64,000 nt of DNA from Candidatus Sericytochromatia bacterium (GTDB lineage: Bacteria > Cyanobacteriota > Sericytochromatia > UBA7694 > JACMQJ01), in the NCBI GenBank assembly GCA_026004035.1, contig BPII01000011.1, positions 11,416 to 75,415 of the forward strand, in the 5' to 3' direction. Below, one piece after another: positions 62,158 to 64,000 of this stretch. Each line of letters begins with the position of its first letter. The first letter of the stretch is position 1. The position numbers and the translations under genes were made by a program. The notes beneath the pieces were generated by a model that made no database searches, had not been told where the DNA came from, and saw nothing but the letters and a program-made list of their open reading frames with translations.

Positions 62158-63111
62158 ATGCAAGTAGGAAATTATCAGAATACAAATTATATAGTTCCAG
62201 TTCAGAGTAATGTTTCAAATCAACAATATAGTAATATTAGCGATCCTTTAGCATCTTATCCTTACGGCCAAGATGTTTTTTCAGGGCAATATGCTAGTTT
62301 TAAAACTATGTATTCAAATTTTGATACTTCTGTATCAAGATTTTCTCCTTTTTATGGAAAAATGGGAAATCAAAATAACAGTAGTTTTAATAATATTCCT
62401 AGTAATAATAACAATCAAGTAATTACACAAACAAATACAAATAATATTCCTGCAAATACAATGAGTAATAATCCTGTTATTAACACACAAAATACAATAC
62501 CTGCTGTTATTCCAAAAAAAATTACTCCTAAAGGACCGGCTTTGACTAATATTCAAGAGTTATTACAAAATGAAGTTAAACAAATAAGCACTCCTCAAAA
62601 AGCAATAGAAACTATTGCACAACATGCTATGATTTCAAGACAAGAAAGAACTATGGCTAATAATATATCATGGGGAGCAAGATTTTATGCTAAAAAAGCA
62701 CTAGAACTAGCTCAAGAACTCGAAAGAAATAGAGTTAATATGAATCAATCACAAATAAACTCTCTAATAATGAATATAGAAAATTTAAAAATAAAATCTA
62801 TTAGCTTACTTAATGAAGCTAAAAAAAGAGCAATAAATACTTATAATGAAGCATTAAAAGCTACACTATTATATAATCACTTTTTCACTGAAAATGGACA
62901 ATATACTACAATTTTAAATGATAATGATAGAAAATTTGTAGAAGATGAGTTGGATAAAACATGGAAACATTGGGAAGGTGGATTTCAAAAAGAATGGCAA
63001 GGTTCTATAGTTAAAGCTGATGAAGCACCTTTAGTTATTGATAAATCAGCTCAAGAGATTTATAATTATATTAATAGTATAGATAACATATTAGCTAAAC
63101 TTAAAAATTGA
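62158..63111 (+). CDS. Hypothetical protein, divergent paralogue of 61111-62148
   Basis: 317-aa ORF. N/Q/S-rich N-terminal half, coiled-coil C-terminal half with TWKHWEGGF. It starts 9 nt after the preceding stop. Confidence 0.7.
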   Translation: MQVGNYQNTNYIVPVQSNVSNQQYSNISDPLASYPYGQDVFSGQYASFKTMYSNFDTSVSRFSPFYGKMGNQNNSSFNNIPSNNNNQVITQTNTNNIPANTMSNNPVINTQNTIPAVIPKKITPKGPALTNIQELLQNEVKQISTPQKAIETIAQHAMISRQERTMANNISWGARFYAKKALELAQELERNRVNMNQSQINSLIMNIENLKIKSISLLNEAKKRAINTYNEALKATLLYNHFFTENGQYTTILNDNDRKFVEDELDKTWKHWEGGFQKEWQGSIVKADEAPLVIDKSAQEIYNYINSIDNILAKLKN

Positions 63112-63335
63112 TTTTTATAGAAATAAGTTTAATCAGAAAAAATAATACCAATCTATTAAATTAATATTGAATTAAAAGAAAATTATTACTCTTGGATAGA
63201 AGATCAATTAAAACCTACTAAACTTTACTCATCTATAATAACTTTTTCAAGATAATTTTTCTAAGTGTAATAAGTATTACTAATTTATCTGTTTTATCTA
63301 TGATAAAATAACTATATATAGCTTTTAGGTTTTGT

Positions 63336-63968
63336 ATGAGAACAAGAGAAGTCCTTCAAAGACTAAATTTAACAAAACATGAATTATTTAAATGCATAGA
63401 AGATTTTAGAATAAAAATAAAAAAGAATTCAAATAATGAACTAGATTTTTCAGAGGAAGATGTGGCTTTTATAGCTAATGTTATTAAATTAAAAGAAGAA
63501 GACCACGGTGTTAATACTATAAAAAATATGTTAGGTAATGTTCATGAACTTAATTTTTTATCTCAAAATGATAAATCTTATTATGATGATGTAAAAGATA
63601 CATTATTTAAAAAAATTCCAGATAATTATGTTTATGAACCTGAAATAAAAGTTTTTGACAGTAAATTAAGTTCTGATATAGAAAATAACATTTTAGATTT
63701 AAATTTTAAAATTGACAAAATTTATGAAATGTTAGAAAAATCTTTGGAATTAGTAGCTGAAAATTCAAAACTTAAAGAAAAAATAGAACATCAGGAAGAA
63801 AAAATAAAAATTTCAAAAGAATCTTTTCAAAAAGATATAGAAAACTTAAATAAAGAAATAGAAAGAAAATCTATTGAATGTAATCAATTAAATGATAGAA
63901 TAAAATATTTAGAAGAACAATTAAATAAGGATAAAGGTAAATCTAGTATTAAATTTTTTGGTAAATGA
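63336..63968 (+). CDS. MerR-like HTH plus coiled-coil protein
   Basis: The N-terminal TREVLQRLNLTKHELFKCIEDF...FSEEDVAFIANVIKLKEE fits a MerR-type HTH. The C-terminal half is a heptad-rich coiled coil. Confidence 0.55.
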   Translation: MRTREVLQRLNLTKHELFKCIEDFRIKIKKNSNNELDFSEEDVAFIANVIKLKEEDHGVNTIKNMLGNVHELNFLSQNDKSYYDDVKDTLFKKIPDNYVYEPEIKVFDSKLSSDIENNILDLNFKIDKIYEMLEKSLELVAENSKLKEKIEHQEEKIKISKESFQKDIENLNKEIERKSIECNQLNDRIKYLEEQLNKDKGKSSIKFFGK

Positions 63969-64000
63969 TAGATAAGTTTTTAAAAACAGCTTTAGATAAT

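Overview
Very AT-rich bacterial chromosomal segment. I cannot assign a taxon from sequence alone. No rRNA and no CRISPR array are present, and there is one tRNA (Phe-GAA). The backbone is ordinary housekeeping: tsaD, the rpsB-tsf-pyrH-frr-cdsA block, gatA, rplU-rpmA, msrA, a threonine ammonia-lyase, ffh, a K+-independent H+-pyrophosphatase, feoAB with a DtxR-family repressor, an M14 carboxypeptidase, hflX, a Crp/Fnr-NnrS-DUF59-MarR cluster, a UvrD/PcrA helicase, trxB and a GH57 enzyme. Four things stand out. (1) A contiguous ~6.6 kb run on the minus strand (28300-34885) holds seven consecutive frameshifted genes: pilD, pilN, pilO, pilP-like, pilQ, a sugar transferase and ugd. Large flanking genes are intact, so this looks like localised decay of a type IV pilus / polysaccharide block. 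(2) A recurrent +1 frameshift occurs in sense-strand poly(A) runs. Six cases each close up if one A is removed, and one of them is the essential rpsB. This is either a systematic homopolymer assembly error or slippage-prone tracts of the kind known in AT-rich reduced genomes. (3) There are two unrecognisable gene sets. One is a pair at 17691-21954, which includes a 1092-aa protein with a 36-bp tandem array. The other is a paralogous pair at 61111-63111 with N/Q/Y-rich N-termini, followed by a MerR-like coiled-coil protein. These are my best candidates for an undescribed system, but I can show no function. (4) Two families of dispersed inverted repeats, gene remnants (IS-like, restriction-endonuclease-like, lectin-fold) and a tandem paralogue split by a single in-frame TGA add to a picture of genome erosion. 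All functional calls rest on motif recognition by eye. No searches were run.
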